Positions 10,399-21,281 of a stretch of DNA of 64,000 nt are shown here, in pieces. The number at the start of each line of letters is the position of its first letter. The stretch's first letter is position 1. Location of the stretch: the NCBI GenBank assembly GCA_031370005.1, contig JANMPT010000110.1, positions 32,001 to 96,000 of the forward strand, given 5' to 3'. Position numbers and translations under genes: made by a program. Origin of the DNA: Bdellovibrionales bacterium (GTDB lineage: Bacteria > Bdellovibrionota > Bdellovibrionia > Bdellovibrionales > Bdellovibrionaceae). A model generated the notes under the pieces. It made no database searches and was not told the DNA's origin. It saw only the letters and a list, made by a program, of their open reading frames with translations.

Positions 10399-10872
10399 TT
10401 ATTTTTTTATTTCTAGTGCTTGAAACCCAGGCTGCGCATTTGAAATAGCAGCGGGAGAGCGGCTATTGTCATAGAGACAATTTTCTATAGCCAATTGCTC
10501 ACCTGCTTCCGAACACTTTTTGATCTGGGAACGGGTATAGTCTTTGTTTCTAATTTTTTTTATACAGCTCAAACGAGCCGTGTCAGCTAGGTCTGAGGGT
10601 TTTGCGCAGAGTTCGAGTGCTTCGGGATTGAAGCTTGCTCCTTTGATTTCCTCAAGACATCCCATGAAGTTCTTGTCATCTTGCAATAGAGCGCAGGCTG
10701 AGGAGGCATACCAATCAAGCCCTGCTTTAGACGTCTTTAGCACACAAGCTGCTTTGTCTTTCTCGCTGAGAAAACGATCACATAAGCCCGTCGGGTTGGT
10801 TGGTTCGATAGCAAGTGTGATGAGAGGAATAAGTAAAAAAGCCAGATGAGTTTTTAAGAAAAGTTGTAGCAT
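10399..10872 (-). CDS. Cys-rich secreted hypothetical protein
   Basis: Signal peptide; periodic Cys pairs. Confidence 0.7.
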   Translation of the reverse strand: MLQLFLKTHLAFLLIPLITLAIEPTNPTGLCDRFLSEKDKAACVLKTSKAGLDWYASSACALLQDDKNFMGCLEEIKGASFNPEALELCAKPSDLADTARLSCIKKIRNKDYTRSQIKKCSEAGEQLAIENCLYDNSRSPAAISNAQPGFQALEIKK

Positions 10873-10922
10873 ATGTTATAATCCCAGTTAGGGCCTTCGT
10901 CCCTTTCTTTGTTGGCTGCGGA

Positions 10923-11870
10923 CTAGGCTGCGGCTTTAAGTTTAAACAATACCGAATACATTGCTTTCAAAAAATCAGGGTCGTATCGCCCTGCCAACTT
11001 TTCCTTCATCATAGAGACTGCATCGAAGGGCTTTAAGGGCGAGTTATACGATCGCTGAGTTGTCATGGCATCATAGGTGTCGGTGATGGCTACAATACGA
11101 GCGAAAGGATGAATTTCTTGTCCAGAAATGCCTTGGGGATATCCGTTTCCAGAGAAGCTTTCGTGATGCTCAAAGCAGGCGGCTTTAATTGCATCGCTAA
11201 TGCTAGGGTTTTGATTTAGAATCATAAGGCCATATTGCGGGTGTCGCTTCATTTGCTCCCATTCAGCGTCGTTTAGGCCGCCTTTTTTGCAAAGTATGTC
11301 TAAACTCACGTTGCGTTTGCCAACATCATGAAATAAAGAGCCAACGCCAAGCTCCTCGAGATCTGTTTTATTGAAAGAAAGTGCGGCGCCGAGACCCAGA
11401 GAGTAAATGCTGACATCCAAAGAGTGATTATAAGTGTAAAAATCATGCCCCGAGAGGCTGATCATATAGCCCATGGCTTCGGGAGCTTGTTCCATAAAGT
11501 CGATGAAGTTACGAATAATAGGACGAGATTCATTCAAGGCGGTGTTGACGTCAGGGTTTTCAAAAAGATCTTCCATCAATGCCACGGAGGATTCTCGAAG
11601 GATCTTGCCTTTCTCAAAAGGGTTTAGATCGTCGGAGTTCATTTCCTCTTTTACCCAATCACGATAAGCCTCTTTTTGTGAGGTCAAAACAAAGAACGTA
11701 TTTCCAGTGTCTTTGTCATGTAGGGATTCAATTTTTAAACCAGAAAGTTTGTCGCCGGCCTTAAGATAGTGAACTTTTTGGCCATTTATTTGAATATAAA
11801 TGTCGAAAGAAGTGGCTTTCGATGGACGGATCGTGCTGAGACGTATTCTAAAATAAGTTTCCTGCTGCAT
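10923..11870 (-). CDS. HD-GYP cyclic-dinucleotide phosphodiesterase
   Basis: TYNHS, FHDVGK, HHE...GNGYP, DTYDAMT.QRSY. Confidence 0.92.
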   Translation of the reverse strand: MQQETYFRIRLSTIRPSKATSFDIYIQINGQKVHYLKAGDKLSGLKIESLHDKDTGNTFFVLTSQKEAYRDWVKEEMNSDDLNPFEKGKILRESSVALMEDLFENPDVNTALNESRPIIRNFIDFMEQAPEAMGYMISLSGHDFYTYNHSLDVSIYSLGLGAALSFNKTDLEELGVGSLFHDVGKRNVSLDILCKKGGLNDAEWEQMKRHPQYGLMILNQNPSISDAIKAACFEHHESFSGNGYPQGISGQEIHPFARIVAITDTYDAMTTQRSYNSPLKPFDAVSMMKEKLAGRYDPDFLKAMYSVLFKLKAAA

Positions 11871-11929
11871 CCGCTTATTATTTCATGGATTTATTGACTC
11901 GAAAATCAAAAGATGAAAATTTGGTCAAC

Positions 11930-14023
11930 ATGGCCCTTCGTCTAGACACCTCATTGCAGTATTTGAAGGGAGTTGGCCCCAAGCTAGCTTCGCTTTTCGC
12001 AAGACATAATATTCAAACTATCAGCGAACTGCTGGAGTTTTATCCACGTGGATATGAAGACCAAAGAGCAGCTCGTAATATAGCAAGTCTTAAGGTCGGG
12101 GACATTGTAAGCGTGAAAGCTCAAGTAATGTCTGTTCACAGCATAAACATGGGGCGTTCGCATCGTAAGATGTATGATGTCGTCGTTCGAGATTCTTCCG
12201 GCCAAATTCGATGTAAATTTTTTCGTGTTCCTTATAAAGGCTACTTTGAGCGATTTACTCCCTTCAAGGAAGTGCGAGTAGTGGGTAAGGTCACTGATTA
12301 TCGTGGCAAGGCTCAGTTTCAACATCCGGACATACGCGATATTGATCCTGATGAAGAAAATCAAGATGCACTGATTCCACTTTATACTGAGATTGAGGGG
12401 CTCAGCACAGTTAAAATTCAACGTTTTATCAAAGCGGCTTTGGCGCAGCTTCCTAATGAAGAGTGGCCTGCTGAGCAGTTGCCGTCTTGGATTGTACAAA
12501 AGTATGATTTAATTTCACGCCGTAAAGCTTTGGAGCTTATTCACACCCCCGATTCCAACTTGGGAGCTCAGTATGCGGAGCTTAAAACACCGGCCCATCG
12601 GCGGATCATTTTTGAAGAATTTTTTTGGCTTGAACTTTATTTGGCCTCTAAGAAAACAGGTTTCAAAAAAGAAAAGAGCGTAGCACTTTCATGCGATGGT
12701 AAAAAAATTGAGGAGCTGAAAAAATCCCTGCCTTTTAGCTTAACCAATGCACAAATGAAGGCTTTTCGAGAAATAAAAGAAGATATTGAAAAACCGATTC
12801 CAATGCATCGGATGGTTCAAGGGGATGTTGGCTCAGGAAAAACTTTGGTTTGTTTTATGGCGGCAATTTATACTGCGGAAAGTGGTATGCAAGCTTGCTT
12901 GATGGTGCCAACTGAAATCCTTGCAGATCAGCACTTTAAGAGTGCACAGAAATTGCTCTCTCCACTAGGTATTCGTTTAGGCTTGCTCACCGGAAAAACT
13001 AAAACAGTTGCCAGAAGGGAGCTCTTGCAGCAGCTCGCGTCTGGAGAGATTGATTTTTTAATTGGTACCCATGCCTTGATTGAGGACGAGGTGCAGTTTC
13101 AAAACTTGGCATTGGTCATTGTCGATGAGCAGCATCGTTTTGGTGTAGAGCAACGTGGTGTTCTAAAAACCAAGGGCAAGTCGCCTCATTTTTTGGTGAT
13201 GACAGCAACGCCAATCCCAAGGACTTTGGCAATGACGGTGTATGGCGATCTAGATGTCTCTATTATTGATGAGTTGCCTCCGGGGAGGGGTGTGATTCAA
13301 ACACGGGTGATTTTTGACAGTAAAAAGTCTGCGGCCTTACAGTTTTTGCAAGAGCAAATTGATAAAGGCCGTCAGGCCTATGTAGTTTATCCGCTTGTTG
13401 AGGAGAGTGAGAAAATTGATTTGAAAAATGCCGTGTCTGAATTCGAAAGCCTTCAACTGCAATTTCCAAAAATTAAGATTGGTCTTTTGCATGGGAAAAT
13501 GAAGTCACAAGAAAAAGAGGAAGTAATGACTTGCTTTCGAAATGGTGAGTTACAGCTCCTGGTTTCCACCACCGTGATTGAGGTGGGTGTCGATGTGCCA
13601 AACGCCAATATCATGATTATTGAGCATGCGGAGCGCTTTGGGCTATCGCAATTACATCAGCTGCGAGGACGCGTTGGGCGGGGAGTGCACAAGAGTTATT
13701 GTATTCTTATTATGGGTTATGCTGTTTCGGAAGAGGCCCGGCTTCGCACTGAATTTATGGAGCAAACAACAGATGGTTTTAAGATTGCAGAGTTTGATTT
13801 AGAAATGCGTGGACCCGGCGAATTTATGGGAACACGTCAATCTGGCTTACCCGGATTCAAAATGGCCAACCTTGTCAGAGATATGGCGACTCTTCAAGAG
13901 GCCCGGGAAGCAGCATTTGAGATTTTGCGAAAAGACAGCCAGTTAAAACTTGCTGAAAATGATCCTTTGCGAGAAGAGCTCATGAAAACCCACGGACCAG
14001 CCGCCCTTGCCGGAATCGCCTAA
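11930..14023 (+). CDS. recG: ATP-dependent DNA helicase RecG
   Basis: QGDVGSGKT, DEQHRFG, MTATPIPRT, QLRGRVGRG. Confidence 0.98.
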   Translation: MALRLDTSLQYLKGVGPKLASLFARHNIQTISELLEFYPRGYEDQRAARNIASLKVGDIVSVKAQVMSVHSINMGRSHRKMYDVVVRDSSGQIRCKFFRVPYKGYFERFTPFKEVRVVGKVTDYRGKAQFQHPDIRDIDPDEENQDALIPLYTEIEGLSTVKIQRFIKAALAQLPNEEWPAEQLPSWIVQKYDLISRRKALELIHTPDSNLGAQYAELKTPAHRRIIFEEFFWLELYLASKKTGFKKEKSVALSCDGKKIEELKKSLPFSLTNAQMKAFREIKEDIEKPIPMHRMVQGDVGSGKTLVCFMAAIYTAESGMQACLMVPTEILADQHFKSAQKLLSPLGIRLGLLTGKTKTVARRELLQQLASGEIDFLIGTHALIEDEVQFQNLALVIVDEQHRFGVEQRGVLKTKGKSPHFLVMTATPIPRTLAMTVYGDLDVSIIDELPPGRGVIQTRVIFDSKKSAALQFLQEQIDKGRQAYVVYPLVEESEKIDLKNAVSEFESLQLQFPKIKIGLLHGKMKSQEKEEVMTCFRNGELQLLVSTTVIEVGVDVPNANIMIIEHAERFGLSQLHQLRGRVGRGVHKSYCILIMGYAVSEEARLRTEFMEQTTDGFKIAEFDLEMRGPGEFMGTRQSGLPGFKMANLVRDMATLQEAREAAFEILRKDSQLKLAENDPLREELMKTHGPAALAGIA

Positions 14024-14025
14024 AG

Positions 14026-14062
14026 AAAGGTACGCCGTACCTTTTTCGGATGCGCTGCGTTT
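14026..14062. repeat. REP-like palindrome or terminator after recG (copy 2)
   Basis: aaaggtac-gcc-gtaccttt perfect 8-bp stem then gatgcgctgcgtt. Confidence 0.5.
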
Positions 14063-14160
14063 TTGAATTTATAGAAATTTAGGGAACGCCATTCATTTTT
14101 TCTATATACACTCGTTCGAGCGCATGATCTGATTTCCGAAATGCAGACGAGGAGGAGTAA

Positions 14161-16281
14161 GTGAACTTACTTTCAAAAAGTATCCTAATTATTTTTTCTA
14201 TGTTTTCTTTAGCACAGGCAGGAACGGTTCTTCGATTAAATACAGGAGCCATTGAATCAAAACGCGTTGAGAGCCTGATGAGTACTCAAGCAGGTAACCC
14301 AGCAATTCCTCAAGATCTGATTGTTCAATTTAAAAATGCCATTACGGAAAAAGACAAAGCAGAGCTTAAGGCGCTCGGTGCAGAGATCTTTGGTTATCTT
14401 CCTGATGATGCCTTGATGGTCCGCGCAACAATTCTAAAATTACAACAATGGCGCAGTCACGCCGACGTTGAGGCTATTCTTCCTTTTAAAGCCGATTATA
14501 AAGTTAGTACTTCTTTTGAACCCGCAAGCACCTTCAGTAGGGATGAACAAACAGTAATTTTGGTGAAAAGTTTTAAAGCGGCTGAAACAAAAGATATTGC
14601 TTCAAAGATAAAAAAAATCGATCAATCCACTGTTCATGTTGCAGATGGTAACTCTATCGTAGCTGTCGTTCCTCGAGGAATGGTTCGAGATGTGGCAGCG
14701 CTTCAAGGCGTTGAGCATGTTCAGCCCTACATAGAGATGAAGCCAATGCATATGACTTTCGATGGCGATGAGTCTGGCATAACATTGCCTCAGGGTGCGG
14801 GTGACTATTCTGATATTAATGGTTATGAGACCGGCACTAAAGTGATGGGCTTTGATGCGGCATGGGCAATGGGTTACAAAGGTCATGGTCAAATAGTTTC
14901 CATGGCAGATACTGGTTTAGATATGGGAGAGGGCCAAATAACAGCGGACTTCAAAGACGCAGTTATTAAAGGTTATGTCTTCGGTCTTTTTTCAAAATCC
15001 TGGGATGATCCAATGGGCCACGGAACCCATGTGGCGGGTTCGATTCTTGGCCGTGGAATTTCTTCTGGTGGTAAAATTCATGGTGGAGCTTATGAGGCAA
15101 GTTTCATCCCTGAGGGGATGTGGTCTCCGATGATGAAGAACCTTACAGTACCCTCTAAGATTCAAGATCTTTTTTCTAAAGCCTATGCAGATGGAGCTCG
15201 TGTTCACTCTAACTCTTGGGGCTCTGCTCGCAGCTTTGGCGCCTATGATAACTATGCCTCGAGTGTGGATGAGTTCATGTTTAATAACCCAGATATGTTG
15301 ATCGTTTTCGCAGCCGGTAACAGCGGCGTGGATAAAAACAAAGATGGTCGTATCGATCCAAATTCTGTAGGTTCGCCAGGGACTGCAAAAAATGCTTTAA
15401 CCGTGGGTGCCTCTGAAAACTTACTTAGCACAGGTGGGATTCAAGTTCCAATTAGCAAACTTCGCGCGGCTCCTGAGGAGTGGAGTGCTGAGCCGATTTA
15501 CAGCTCTTATCTTTCAGATAATATTAACGGATTGGCAATGTTTTCGTCCCGTGGCCCAACAGTCGATGGTCGTACAAAACCTGAAATTGTAGCCCCAGGA
15601 ACAAATATCTTAAGTAATCGTTCTCATGTCACAGGCGCAAGCCCACTTTGGGGTGCATATAACGAGGATTATGCATATTCTGGTGGCACCTCAATGTCGA
15701 CGCCTTTAGTTGCTGGTGGAGCAGCTGTGGTTCGCCAGATTTTGCAGGAAAAATTCCAAATTGCCTCCCCATCAGCTGCGCTTTTGAAAGCGACTCTTTT
15801 GCATACTGCAGTTGATATGTATCCTGGCCAATACGGTGAGGTGGGCGTGTCTCATGGACAAGAGCTTGCAACTCGTCGTCCGAATTTTGATGAGGGATAT
15901 GGGCGCATGGACGTTTCAAATGCGGCCAAACTTTCCAATAGCACTCACTTTGTAGATAATAAAAATGGGCTGAGTCAGGGCGAGCAGGAGGCTTTCACTC
16001 TAGTTTTGAGCAAACCCGGCACAATCTTGGCAAATATGGTTTACACAGATGCTCCGGCTTCTCCTGATGCAGCTGTGGCTCTCGTAAACGACCTTGATAT
16101 AACATTGACTGGCGCGGGACAAAGCGTGTCTCCAAACGATCACGTGAATAACAACGAGGTGATTGAGCTCGCTAACTTGCCAGCCGGTTCGTACACTATC
16201 ACTGTGAAAGCTACGAAAGTTCCCCAAGGCAAAAATGGTAAACAGCCTTATGCATTAGTTTATACAGCGCGTGAGAACTAA
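14161..16281 (+). CDS. Secreted S8 subtilisin-like serine protease with C-terminal PPC-like domain
   Basis: Triad motifs ADTG, HGTHVAG, GTSMSTP; AAGN; signal peptide. Confidence 0.95.
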   Translation: MNLLSKSILIIFSMFSLAQAGTVLRLNTGAIESKRVESLMSTQAGNPAIPQDLIVQFKNAITEKDKAELKALGAEIFGYLPDDALMVRATILKLQQWRSHADVEAILPFKADYKVSTSFEPASTFSRDEQTVILVKSFKAAETKDIASKIKKIDQSTVHVADGNSIVAVVPRGMVRDVAALQGVEHVQPYIEMKPMHMTFDGDESGITLPQGAGDYSDINGYETGTKVMGFDAAWAMGYKGHGQIVSMADTGLDMGEGQITADFKDAVIKGYVFGLFSKSWDDPMGHGTHVAGSILGRGISSGGKIHGGAYEASFIPEGMWSPMMKNLTVPSKIQDLFSKAYADGARVHSNSWGSARSFGAYDNYASSVDEFMFNNPDMLIVFAAGNSGVDKNKDGRIDPNSVGSPGTAKNALTVGASENLLSTGGIQVPISKLRAAPEEWSAEPIYSSYLSDNINGLAMFSSRGPTVDGRTKPEIVAPGTNILSNRSHVTGASPLWGAYNEDYAYSGGTSMSTPLVAGGAAVVRQILQEKFQIASPSAALLKATLLHTAVDMYPGQYGEVGVSHGQELATRRPNFDEGYGRMDVSNAAKLSNSTHFVDNKNGLSQGEQEAFTLVLSKPGTILANMVYTDAPASPDAAVALVNDLDITLTGAGQSVSPNDHVNNNEVIELANLPAGSYTITVKATKVPQGKNGKQPYALVYTAREN

Positions 16282-16479
16282 TCTTTAAGTTATTGATATT
16301 ACTTAAAAAAGGCCACGCTAAATTCTTGACCTTCTTGTATTTTTTCCAAGGAAGTCTCTTTCATTTGATAACTCGTGTCAAATTTGTTAAAAACACCATG
16401 GCTCTTATTTTATTATGTTTTCAGAAGTCTGTCTTCTGAAGTCTGTGTCACATATGGGTCAAACGAGGGAGGTCTTCCG

Positions 16480-16974
16480 ATGGTGGCTTTTAATGTTGGT
16501 GACAATGCGGTTTATCCTGGGCACGGCGTGGGTAAAGTCACAGCGATCGAAACGAAGGAGATTCTCGGGAACAAGCAGACTTTTTATTCTATCCAGATAC
16601 TTGATACTGGAATGAAAATCATGATTCCACGTGATAATGTTGAATCTGTGGGTCTTCGACCAATTATTTCAAAGGAAGAGGCCGGTCGCGTTGTAGGTAT
16701 TCTGCGGGAGACCAATGTTAAGATTGATAATCAAACTTGGAACCGCCGTTACCGCGAGTACATGGAAAAAATCAAAACTGGTTCCGTTTTTGAAATCGCT
16801 GAAGTTTTGCGAGATTTATTTTTACTGAAGGTCGATAAAGAGTTGAGCTTCGGCGAGCGCAAAATGCTTGATACGGCCCGCACCCTTCTTTTGAAGGAGC
16901 TAACTTTGGCGACAAGCCAAGAAGAGCTTTTCAAAGAAGAAGAGGTTAAAGCAATTTTCGGAGTTGCTCCATAG
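16480..16974 (+). CDS. carD: CarD/CdnL family transcription factor
   Basis: VGDNAVYPGHGVG, TWNRRYREYMEKIKTG; RBS gagggagg before ATG 16480. Confidence 0.93.
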   Translation: MVAFNVGDNAVYPGHGVGKVTAIETKEILGNKQTFYSIQILDTGMKIMIPRDNVESVGLRPIISKEEAGRVVGILRETNVKIDNQTWNRRYREYMEKIKTGSVFEIAEVLRDLFLLKVDKELSFGERKMLDTARTLLLKELTLATSQEELFKEEEVKAIFGVAP

Positions 16975-17051
16975 GCCCAGTCTAGCTGAGAATGTTCTGA
17001 GCTAAGATCCTCCCTATGTAGTTTGATTTTTTCGTATAAATTAGAGATTAT

Positions 17052-17083
17052 AAAAAGCCTGGGTTAGTCGCTCAGGCTTTTTT
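17052..17083 (+). terminator. Intrinsic terminator
   Basis: aaaaagcctg...caggctttttt. Confidence 0.65.
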
Positions 17084-17100
17084 AATTTTCAGGGGTCTTT

Positions 17101-18570
17101 ATGTCTATGGTTCGCGTCCGTTTTGCTCCATCTCCTACCGGCTACCTACATGTTGGCGGTGCCCGTACAGCCTTGTACAATTATCTTTTTGCTAAAAAAA
17201 ATGGCGGTGAATTCATTCTTAGAATTGAAGACACCGATGAGGCTCGCTCAACTCAGGAATCTTTGCGTGGTGTGATTGATGATATGGTTTGGTTGAATCT
17301 TCTTTGGAACGAGGGAGTGGATCCTGTCACGCTGAGGGACCAGGGGGCCTCGGGGCCGTATAAACAAAGCGAGCGTCAATATATCTATAGTGAAATTGCA
17401 GACAATCTCTTGAATGCGAACAAGGCTTATTATTGTTTTTTGACGGATGAGGAAATAACAACTCAACGTGAGGCCGCTATTAAAGCCGGACGACCGCCTC
17501 AAGTAAATTCTCCATATCAGGATTGGACTTTGGAAAAAGCCAAAGAGAGACTGGCCACCGGAGATAAAGCCGTCGTACGTTTTAAAACACGTGATCTTAA
17601 AAAAGATTATATTTTTACAGATTTGGTTCGTCATGAAGTGAAGTTCCCATCTGACATGGTAGGGGATTTTGTGATTCTTCGCTCTGGAGGGATGCCCGTC
17701 TACAACTTTTGTTGTGCTATTGACGACCACATGATGAAGATCAGTCATGTTTTTCGTGCTGAGGAGCATTTACCAAATACGCTGAGGCAATTGATGCTTT
17801 ATGAAGCTATGGGGTGGCAGCCTCCAGAGTTTGGACACATTTCTTTGATTCTTGATGAAGATCGTCAGAAGCTTTCAAAACGCAAGGGGGCCGTGGCTTG
17901 CGGTCAGCTAAAAGCTGAGGGGTATTTGGCTTCAGCTGTTTTGAATTTTATCGCTCTTTTGGGTTGGTCTCATCCTGAAGGCAAAGAGATTATGACTGTG
18001 GATGATATGATTCAGGCCTTCGATGTTTCCCGATTGAATTCCTCTGGTGCGGTTTTCGATCGTGTGAAATTCAAATGGATGAATGCCATGCATTTGCGAG
18101 CTTTGCCAAATATGGATCTTTGGCAGGAGATCCAGCCCTTCTTAGCTCGTGAGAAAATGGATCTTCCAAAGGATCCTGTCTGGCAGGAAAAGTCTATTAT
18201 GGCCTTTAAGACATCCATGGAAACTTTGGCCGATGCTATTGAGCTGTACAAACCTTTGAATGACATCTCATTTACGATTTTACCAGAGGCAGAAGAGACC
18301 CTGATGTGGGAACCAACAAAGACTGTTTTGCTTGCCTGGAGAGATCTGGTTCAAGCTTCGGGCAAGGACTATTTATCCGAAGCAGAGTTTTTAAAACTAC
18401 AAGATGAGGTAAAAAACAAAACCGGTGCTAAGGGAAAAAATCTCTTTATGCCGATCCGTGTGGCTGTAATCGGTAAGCCCCATGGAACGGAATTGAAGAT
18501 CCTAGTACCACTTATAAAGACTTCATCACTGGTGACTCGTGCGAATAAAGTTTTAGAAAAGATCGGTTAG
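17101..18570 (+). CDS. gltX: Glutamate--tRNA ligase
   Basis: RFAPSPTGYLHVGG, KLSKR. Confidence 0.98.
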   Translation: MSMVRVRFAPSPTGYLHVGGARTALYNYLFAKKNGGEFILRIEDTDEARSTQESLRGVIDDMVWLNLLWNEGVDPVTLRDQGASGPYKQSERQYIYSEIADNLLNANKAYYCFLTDEEITTQREAAIKAGRPPQVNSPYQDWTLEKAKERLATGDKAVVRFKTRDLKKDYIFTDLVRHEVKFPSDMVGDFVILRSGGMPVYNFCCAIDDHMMKISHVFRAEEHLPNTLRQLMLYEAMGWQPPEFGHISLILDEDRQKLSKRKGAVACGQLKAEGYLASAVLNFIALLGWSHPEGKEIMTVDDMIQAFDVSRLNSSGAVFDRVKFKWMNAMHLRALPNMDLWQEIQPFLAREKMDLPKDPVWQEKSIMAFKTSMETLADAIELYKPLNDISFTILPEAEETLMWEPTKTVLLAWRDLVQASGKDYLSEAEFLKLQDEVKNKTGAKGKNLFMPIRVAVIGKPHGTELKILVPLIKTSSLVTRANKVLEKIG

Positions 18571-18573
18571 AAA

Positions 18574-20022
18574 ATGCTTCGAATATACAATACTGAATCC
18601 AGAGCGTTAGAAAACTTTGAGCCTCTAGAGGAGGGCAAAGTGAAGATCTATGTCTGTGGGCCGACAGTTTATAATTTTCTTCATGTAGGAAACTTTCGCG
18701 GTGTTGTGTTTTTCAATCTTGTGCGGAATTGGCTAGAAAGTTTGGGTTATAAGGTTGAATATGCTCTAAATTTTACGGACGTGGACGATAAGATCATTGA
18801 AAGCGCCAATAAACAGGGGATGACTCCTGAGGAATTATCCGAGAAGTATATCGTCGAATATAAAAAAGATTTTTCATTATTGGGACTTCGACCTCACGAT
18901 TACAACCCTAAAGCAACCGAAAGCATAAATGAGATTTGCTCAATTGTGACGAAACTTATCGAGAAAAAGAAAGCTTATGTTGCCGATGGGGATGTGCTTT
19001 TTTCGATTGATAGTTTCCCTAGTTACGGAAAATTGAGTGGCCATCATGTTGAAGATCTTCAAGCCGGCGCCCGAGTGGAGATAGATAAAAAAAAGAAAAA
19101 CCCGTCGGACTTTGTTCTTTGGAAGGGCGTAAAGCCAGGGGAGCCTTCGTGGCCATCTCCTTGGGGGCCTGGTCGCCCAGGCTGGCACATTGAGTGTTCG
19201 GCGATGGTAGAGAAAATCTTTGGTGATCAGATTGATATTCATGGTGGAGGAACAGATTTAATTTTTCCACATCATGAAAATGAAATTGCCCAGAGCGAGG
19301 CCTGCACTGGAAAACATTTTGTAAAATATTGGATGCATTGGAATATGCTAAATTTTGGAAATCAAAAGATGTCCAAGTCCATTGGGAACTTCGTGACCAT
19401 GAGGGAGTTTCTCGAGCGGTATAATTCTGAAATCTATAAGTGGATGATCTTGTCGGTGCATTATCGTTCACCGAGTGACTTTAGCGATGAGGCCGTGGAT
19501 CGCGCGGTTTCCAATTTAGCACGTATTTATTCGGCGCTGGCTGTGGCTGAAAGTCTTTTGGCAAGCGGGCGAGCTGCGCTTGACCCTGATTTTGAAAAAA
19601 TAACGACCGAAGCCTGGGTGAAAGTGACGGAATCTTTAAATGATGATTTTGGGACTCCGAACGCAGTGGCTGCACTTTTTGAGGTGACTCGTTATTTTAA
19701 TAGCCAGGTCAAACGCGGGGTAAAGCCTAGCTCCAGTGCCCTTGGCAAAGCCCAAAGTTTTGTTGATTTTGTTCATAAGTTTGGTCATTTTATGGCGATG
19801 TTTAGTGAGACGGCGAGTGATTTTTTATTAAAACTCGATGATATGTTGCTCGAGCGGAAGAGTCTAAAACGTGAGGAAGTGGACCTTCTGGTCGCAGAAC
19901 GTTCCCGTGCTCGTGCGAATAAAGACTATGCCAAAGCTGATGAGTATCGAAAGAAGCTTACAGATTTGGGGATTTCTGTGAGTGACTCTACAGAGGCCAG
20001 CTTTTGGGAAGTGACAAAATAA
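18574..20022 (+). CDS. cysS: Cysteine--tRNA ligase
   Basis: YVCGPTVY...HVGN, GRPGWHIECS, KMSKS. Confidence 0.98.
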   Translation: MLRIYNTESRALENFEPLEEGKVKIYVCGPTVYNFLHVGNFRGVVFFNLVRNWLESLGYKVEYALNFTDVDDKIIESANKQGMTPEELSEKYIVEYKKDFSLLGLRPHDYNPKATESINEICSIVTKLIEKKKAYVADGDVLFSIDSFPSYGKLSGHHVEDLQAGARVEIDKKKKNPSDFVLWKGVKPGEPSWPSPWGPGRPGWHIECSAMVEKIFGDQIDIHGGGTDLIFPHHENEIAQSEACTGKHFVKYWMHWNMLNFGNQKMSKSIGNFVTMREFLERYNSEIYKWMILSVHYRSPSDFSDEAVDRAVSNLARIYSALAVAESLLASGRAALDPDFEKITTEAWVKVTESLNDDFGTPNAVAALFEVTRYFNSQVKRGVKPSSSALGKAQSFVDFVHKFGHFMAMFSETASDFLLKLDDMLLERKSLKREEVDLLVAERSRARANKDYAKADEYRKKLTDLGISVSDSTEASFWEVTK

Positions 20023-20047
20023 GCGAGCCAGTGCGGCCATGAGGCCT

Positions 20048-20569
20048 TTAAGGTTGGGCTCCGGGTTCAAGGCCAGAACTCCAAATCGTCTCGAAATCCT
20101 GAGCATAATGAGAGACCACCTCTGGATCGTTGAGGTAAATCTGATTTTCAGCATTGTAGTTAGATGCAGAAATGGAATAGTTGTAAGAGCCTGTTTCAAG
20201 CCAAGTCCCATCGACCAAGGTGAATTTGTTGTGCATGACTCCTTTTTGGGAGCCATAGCGGAGTTGGAAGCCTTCTTGGATCAATGAAGGAGTTTGGGAG
20301 GTTTGTCCCAGAGCCTGTTCTCGGTCCACTACCAAGCGAATCTTAACGCCTCTTTGTTTGGCCTGAGCAAGGGCATCGTGGATCTCTTTGAGTGAAAGAT
20401 TATAGATAGCCATATCGATGGTTTTCTTTGCGCTATTAATATAGCCAACAATGACTTGATCGCAGTTCCCACCTGGCGAGAAGCATGTTTGTAGGTTTTG
20501 AACTCCCCAGGCAGTAGTGAGAATGGAATTGCTTACGACAAAGAGCAAAAAGTACTTCAGAAGCTTCAT
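20048..20569 (-). CDS. Secreted single-HKD phospholipase D/Nuc-like protein
   Basis: MHNKFTLVD...GSYN...NAEN; signal peptide. Confidence 0.88.
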   Translation of the reverse strand: MKLLKYFLLFVVSNSILTTAWGVQNLQTCFSPGGNCDQVIVGYINSAKKTIDMAIYNLSLKEIHDALAQAKQRGVKIRLVVDREQALGQTSQTPSLIQEGFQLRYGSQKGVMHNKFTLVDGTWLETGSYNYSISASNYNAENQIYLNDPEVVSHYAQDFETIWSSGLEPGAQP

Positions 20570-20657
20570 ATAGACCCCTCCATATGGTTAGCAACAATAC
20601 CAATAGATTTATTGAAAGCATCAAAAAAATTAAGTAGCCTATATTATCTTCCAACTT

Positions 20658-21281
20658 ATGGAGCGAGTCATGGATATAGAGCTTCGCGGTGTTGAAGTTG
20701 CATCTTTATTTAAGCTGAATCATCTTTTTGTTCCTGCACATGAGAAAGTTTTGATTTTTGGCCCCAGTGGAACCGGGAAAACAAGCTTGTTGCATTTAAT
20801 CGGCGGATTGTGGCGGCCCCTCCATGGTGAAATTCTTTTTAATGGCATCAATCTTTGCGGCATGAGGGATAATGAGCTGAGTCATTTTCGCCGTCGGCAA
20901 GTGGGCCTTATTTTTCAAAGAATGAATCTTATTGAGCATATGACCTGTGAGGAAAATCTGAGCCTTGTTTCCACCCAAAGAAATGGGGAGTATGAAGAAG
21001 TCCTTAGTAAAGTGGGACTTTTGGGCAAGCTCAAAGTGAAGGCTGGATCGTTAAGTCTTGGCGAGCAACAACGTTTGGCGGTGGTACGTGTACTTTTGCA
21101 AAATCCTCAGGTGATCTTGGCAGACGAGCCCACTTCGAGCCTTGATGAGGTCAACGCATTCAACGTTATGCAACTTTTACTTGAGGCCAGTCAGAAAAAA
21201 ACATTGATTATGGTCAGTCACGATTTGCGATTACAAAATCACTTTGATCGCTGTTTGGATTTTGGGAAAATGATAGCATGA
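20658..21281 (+). CDS. ABC transporter ATP-binding protein (LolD/MacB-like)
   Basis: GPSGTGKT, LSLGEQQR, ILADEPT. Confidence 0.92.
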   Translation: MERVMDIELRGVEVASLFKLNHLFVPAHEKVLIFGPSGTGKTSLLHLIGGLWRPLHGEILFNGINLCGMRDNELSHFRRRQVGLIFQRMNLIEHMTCEENLSLVSTQRNGEYEEVLSKVGLLGKLKVKAGSLSLGEQQRLAVVRVLLQNPQVILADEPTSSLDEVNAFNVMQLLLEASQKKTLIMVSHDLRLQNHFDRCLDFGKMIA

